DNA of 63,722 nt, counting the filler, from Lenisia limosa (lineage: Eukaryota > Protista > Breviatea), in assembly GCA_001655205.1 (NCBI GenBank). It is 11 parts of 11 records of this genome, joined end to end, with 100 filler letters (N's around TTAATTAATTAA, not from the genome) between each part and the next. Parts side by side here need not be neighbours in the genome. Positions count along the whole stretch, not along the records: positions 55,714 to 61,912 come from LPNZ01007779.1; positions 62,013 to 63,722 come from LPNZ01003876.1; 9 more parts are not named here. One strand, given 5' to 3'. How positions within the stretch are numbered: the stretch's first letter is position 1; each line of letters starts with the position of its first letter. Both the position numbers and the translations under genes were made by a program. Of the stretch, positions 58,664 to 63,722 are shown piece by piece. The notes under the pieces were generated by a model. It did no database searches, had not been told where the DNA came from, and saw only the letters and a list, made by a program, of their open reading frames with translations.

Positions 58664-61600
58664 GATATGCATCTCATGCGCACGATACCAGGTGAAGACG
58701 ACTCAGTTCCGTAAGCAAGGAAAATTCGTCTATTGCCCCACTTGTCATTGGATTGCTTTCGCATGTTCTAATGTTCTAATGTCTGCTCAAGGATCAAGGG
58801 GCTTGGATCATGCTACCAATCCAGAGTTGTACAATGGGAAGGTAGGGGGGAGGATCGCAAAGGGATTCATTACAATACTGAAAATGTGTCAAATTATTTG
58901 CTTTGGATAAAGATGTCACTCCCTCCACTCCCCCCGTTTCCCCGTTTCCCCTGTGTTACGTATTTTGACAATTAATTTTGGGGGGGTTTCTCATAAATTT
59001 TCCATTTCCCTCACCCCCCCCCCCCCNNNNNNNNNNNNNNNNNNNNNNNNNNNNNNNNNNNNNNNNNNNNNNNNNNNNNNNNNNNNNNNNNNNNNNNNNN
59101 NNNNNNNNNNNNNNNNNNNNNNNNNNNNNNNATGCCGCCGTCGCCGTACTGAGAAGAGGGCAAAACGTGAGAGCGGCCAGGTGGTTGTGAGGGGTGAGGG
59201 TATGGCATTAAAAACAGTTTGATAAAAACTGAAAACTTATTATGAGAAAAATAAGTTCTTATTCCGATGTAATATAATGTCGTACTCTGAAGTAATCCCC
59301 GACAGGGGACACATTGAGAACACCCACCTTTTTAATTTCAGCTTCATAAGTTTCTGTTGAGATGAGGGGGAAATAATTAGTCTCTTCTCTTTCACTCAGT
59401 AGGGGAGGTGTGTGTGTGTGTGTGTGAAATGGTAATAATTTGAATTCTAAACCTAACAAAAAAAAAACGAGAGATGGTACGGAATCCGCGTTTTTTCTTT
59501 GTACAAATTGCCTGTTAACGGTATTTAGGGGTGTTCACCTTGGCCCATCGGAGGGAAACATCAATCGGGCTGGTTGGCCTCCAGGTGAGCGCCATCTTGC
59601 ATTGTCTGTTCGCTTAGTCTACATGGATATTGTTGAGTAGTTACTGCTTGTTGCTTCTCTATGTTAATCTAAGGTGTTCTCATGGATATGTAGATTTGGC
59701 GCGGTAGCTTGTCCATGGCTGATTGGCTGATATGGTATGTGAAATGAAGTTTACGCCCGATCCTCCTCCGTAATGTACCAAAGAAACAGGGGACAATAAA
59801 GAAGATTTACAATACTGATTTAATATTTACTTGATTTGGTGTTTTTTTTTTTTTTCTTCTTAAATCCCAATTTTACTCCCCTTATACAGTCATTATGCTT
59901 CAGGCTTCACGAAAACCCTAAAGAGTTTCCTGAAATACAAGCCGCATTGAAAGGTTTGTGGCGTTGGGCTGGTGGTGGGGGTACAGAGTCATCCAAGTCA
60001 TTGACTGTATCCCCCACTCCCTCTTTTTCTTGCGAATAGCTTGGGGTTGCGCCAGTCAAAAGGTACTTACGACCTTACGACCTTAGGACCAATTGTGGAG
60101 CTTGGAGCCGGGCCAGGACTGGTGTCACTTGTTGCTGCTGATCTGGGGTACATAGATGTTATAGCAACGGGTTGGAGGGGAGCACAGTTTATGCCCCTCT
60201 TTTTGTTCTACCCTTATTCTTTGTCTTTTTTTAAAAATTCGATTTTCTCTTCTACTTTGGTGTTTTTTTTTCCTCCACAAACCTTCAAGATTGATCTAAT
60301 ATGTTTGGGTCGCTTTTGGGGAGATACGTTGTTTAACAAAATCACTCATAAAAGCAACAAAATGAAAGAAGGGAGATTACCTTTCCTTCTTGCGAACTTC
60401 TTTTGGGTTGAAGCCCCGTTATAGTCCATGAGCTTTAACAGCAGCAGAATTAAGAAGCAGGACGTGATATACAATTGATTAATTTTTTTATCCAAAATCT
60501 ATGTGGTTTCTCCAAAGTGACCGTTTTTACTTCTCATTCATCCTCATTTTCCTCATCCCCTTATTTAACGTCATGAGTGGGAAATTATACGACCATGATT
60601 TATTTAGAGTGTTTCATATAGTATTTTATATCATGCGTATAAGACAATATTATTTTACAGTGTATCATACTATACTCTCCTCTAATTTGTCAAAAAAAAA
60701 ATAATCTGGGACTGACGGGTTTGGTTTGACTTTTTCTAAGTGTACATCTTTTATAAGTATTATTATACCGAGTTCGTAATACCCTCACACCCCGCAGATG
60801 GAGTTCCTGAAGCAGTAGCCCTTCTGAACTATAACTGTTCGAGTTTTGTACCAAACTTCTCACGGACTTCCCAGCCCCCAAAGGCAGCCCTTTTGGATTG
60901 GACTGCACCTCAGAACGCCATGAGGAACCCAGGTGGGCTTGGGCGGTCTAATATAAGGCAGTTGTTTTTCTTCTTTCCAATTCAGTCTATTTTCGAAACC
61001 AAAGTGAAGTCCTACTAATGAGTCAAGCAGGCGGGAAAATCCATTTTTGGTGCAGCTGATCTATAAATATCAAATCCAATCTTATTCTATCCCCTTCTGA
61101 AATGATAATCTACCACGGCTTTGTTGTTGTATACTGTAACCTTTTCAGAGCTTGCTTCTTCTCTCAATAACTGTATGATCTTCCTGTGTGCTGATGGTGA
61201 GTGTTGCGTGTTCTTATCAAGGGGCTCAGTTTTCTTTTTGCCTGGTTTATTCTGTAGTTATCTACGATGATGACTTGACAGAGAGGCTTGTAGGGTTCAT
61301 AAGGTTNNNNNNNNNNNNNNNNNNNNNNNNNNNNNNTGTACAGACTATGGAGGTATACCATAATTCTTCACAAATTGAAAGATATCATCCAACTTTGTTT
61401 TCTACTTCCTTTCCCCCCTTTCCATCAAGATAGTGGATTCTCTTTTTGAGTATATCATTGGGTAACTGACTAAATTTCAGGTATATTTCAGAAATAGCCA
61501 ATCGCTCACGACCTTATTTCATCTTTACAATCGAAGAGAGGATTGTCTTTACGATACACGATCAAAAAGTTGGTTTACTTGCGCCACCCACACATCATTT

Positions 61601-61770
61601 CTGTGTTTCCTAATTGTGTTGCCATATATTCTTGGTAGACATAATTTAACTCGAAATTAGCCCGTGGCCCCGGCACTAGAATTTTTTCTTTCGTTCTTCC
61701 AAAGGGCATCGTCTTTGCAGAAGTTGAACATCAAAATGTTGGAGCAAAACACTCCTTTTTTACACATCGG
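58664..61770 (+). CDS. METTL22: METTL22-like protein-lysine methyltransferase (seven-beta-strand); start and 3' end uncertain
   Basis: FTLAHRRETSIGLVGLQ|IWRGSLSMADWL..|PIVELGAGPGLVSLVAA..IAT|DG..LLDW|IFLCAD|VIYDDDLTERL|FIFTIEERIVFT follows the METTL22 pattern (VG.Q.WRG...LAD, YDDDLT, EKR..FT). Confidence 0.8.
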
Positions 61771-62012
61771 TTTATTGTTTTGTTTTTATAATTATTCCCA
61801 TTTATCTCACCTACCCCTCTCATGTGTGTATTATGTTTATGTCATTGGGTTTTTGCTGTAATTGCCTCCATTAATCTTGACCCTTTAACGTTAGTACTCG
61901 GGTTTTTATTGCNNNNNNNNNNNNNNNNNNNNNNNNNNNNNNNNNNNNNNNNNNNNTTAATTAATTAANNNNNNNNNNNNNNNNNNNNNNNNNNNNNNNN
62001 NNNNNNNNNNNN

Positions 62013-63722
62013 GTTATCAATTCATATCCGACGCATTGGTGAAAGAAATGATGAAGAAAACACATTCTACATACTCCTTAAAGGTATAAAACTGTTCCTT
62101 GATTATCACTAGATATTTTGACGATAATATCTACCTCAGAGCATCTTTCAGATTTGGTAAAAGATGTATGTTACTTTCTCCCCCAATCTAACGGGTCTGT
62201 TGTTGCTATTTCTCTTTTTAGATTGCTCCCCCAAAATATTTTGCCAGCTGTTTTGGTAAAAACACTTTGACCATAATTTTGGCCAGAGACGAAGATAGTG
62301 TGAGTACAGTGCTTTGTAGTCACATCTAAGGAGACCCCAGTTGGACAATTGAGCCCAAGGTCCAAAACCCAACTTTTATTTTATGTAACGACCAGGGACC
62401 TACAATCGCCCAGGTAGGAACTATAACACAAGGAAATGACAATACATAGAATGACAATACGAAGGAATACAAATACTCATTCAACAACTTACACAACAGA
62501 GGCACCATTTGAAATAATTGTAGTCTTTCCAGACTATATAAAATACCCGTGAAATAGTCATAGTGAAAGTAACACAAAAGGAAAACCTTACCTGAAAGAA
62601 CCATAAATTTTAAGTCAAAAAGTAAAAAAACTTTTTTATTAACTTTAAAAGGGGGTTTTTTTCAAAAAGGCTAAAAGGAAATTGGGTGACCACGTAGTTC
62701 AGTTCCAAATTAGTCTCTGAAATTTTTCATTCATTGCCTCTTCGGAAATTATAATATGTCATTTTTTTTTAGGAATTTTTATTGAATTTTTGTCGAAATA
62801 AAAATTTTGCATCACAAGTAGGCAGCTCTGTGATCGCACTCACACTGGTGATCGCACCCATACTTGCGATCGCACTCAGATCGAGGGACTTATATACATA
62901 TATATATGGACTATACAAAAAAATATATATGTATCATAAGCATATCCATGAATATATATAATATATATTTGTATTTGTTTCCATCCCATACTTCTCAATG
63001 TACTCAACCCCTGGGTCTGCTGACGTTGCGGTGTGTAAAGCTTCCAAACATGCCTTCAAAGCACAGCATCAGGTCACAGCAGCTTCAAAAACATTGGGAG
63101 GTGGCACTTTTTGAGATTTTCAGCAAGAACTTTTGGAAGTATATCAATTAATGATATGAAAGGAAAAAGAGTTTGTGAAAAGTACTTCGATATCATTTTT
63201 GTTTTGTTTTATAAAATTGCTAGGACGATTGGCAATCAGTGTCAGGTTTTCAAAATTTGGGACAGTATATCCCGCCAGTGTTTGTATGTTATATCATATG
63301 ATATCTCACATATAAACTATATCTATGATATGTTCTCCCTTTATTCGCTAGGAATCTAGAAATATATGTCCGAAATGAAGGCCGATATGACAACCAATGA
63401 AAAAAACACATTGAACATTTAGTTAAAAATGCTGCCTACCAAATTTTGGCCGGGACTCGTGGACCTCATCCACTACTTCTGACTTGGCTTTCTTTGCTTG
63501 CCGGGCAACAGCTGTTGTTGAAGCACCGGAGAGACTTGAGTAATTGGGGAATTCTAAACAATGATTAAATGCAAAAGCTATTTGGTTACAATATTTATGC
63601 ATTTTTCTATACACATACATGTACGTATATATATCCGTGTTATACCTGGAAATTGCGCGTTTAGCTTGAGAAGACAAGGTTTACAGATGCAGAAGCCTTG
63701 AAAAAACCTTTCAAGCTCAGTA
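62013..63722. other. Unresolved coding fragments on the last scaffold
   Basis: Candidate minus exon LSGASTTAVARQAKKAKSEVVDEVHESRPKF (~63450-63540) and candidate plus exon GDPSWTIEPKVQNPTFILCNDQGPTIAQ (~62330-62413); strand assignment not resolved. Confidence 0.3.

Noticed and set aside
1-63722. Alternative genetic code or stop-codon reassignment
   Set aside because: TAA (hslV), TAG (BRE1) and TGA (coiled-coil gene, kinase) all act as terminators, and conserved exons translate cleanly in the standard code.

Overview
This is eukaryotic, AT-rich, very intron-dense protist DNA, not prokaryotic. It is also not one locus: ten identical 100-bp artificial spacers (44 N + TTAATTAATTAA + 44 N) join 11 unrelated scaffolds, so gene order across spacers means nothing. 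I reconstructed exons by hand using GT-AG boundaries and phase; most entries in the ORF track are intron read-through. Recognisable genes: a TPR protein, a GLUG-motif single-pass surface protein, tRNA-Asp(GTC), the RING C-terminus of BRE1/HUB1, a NOXRED1/P5CR-like oxidoreductase with a long Pro/Ser-rich tail, a secreted fibrinogen-C-like protein, a Sushi/CCP protein, a WD40 protein, a DYRK-family kinase, UTP10/HEATR1, an ankyrin fragment, mitochondrial HslV and a METTL22-like methyltransferase. Introns contain at least six families of 60-170-bp repeats plus a Penelope-like RT relic. The best candidate for an undescribed system is repeat family E. Of about 13 copies, most are sense-oriented and sit directly against a 3' splice site, and one makes up almost an entire 168-nt intron with G-rich and C-rich ends, which suggests an intron-generating (Introner-like) element. 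Taxonomy is not determined; an amoebozoan-like protist is only an inference. Gene coordinates are approximate where gaps interrupt them.
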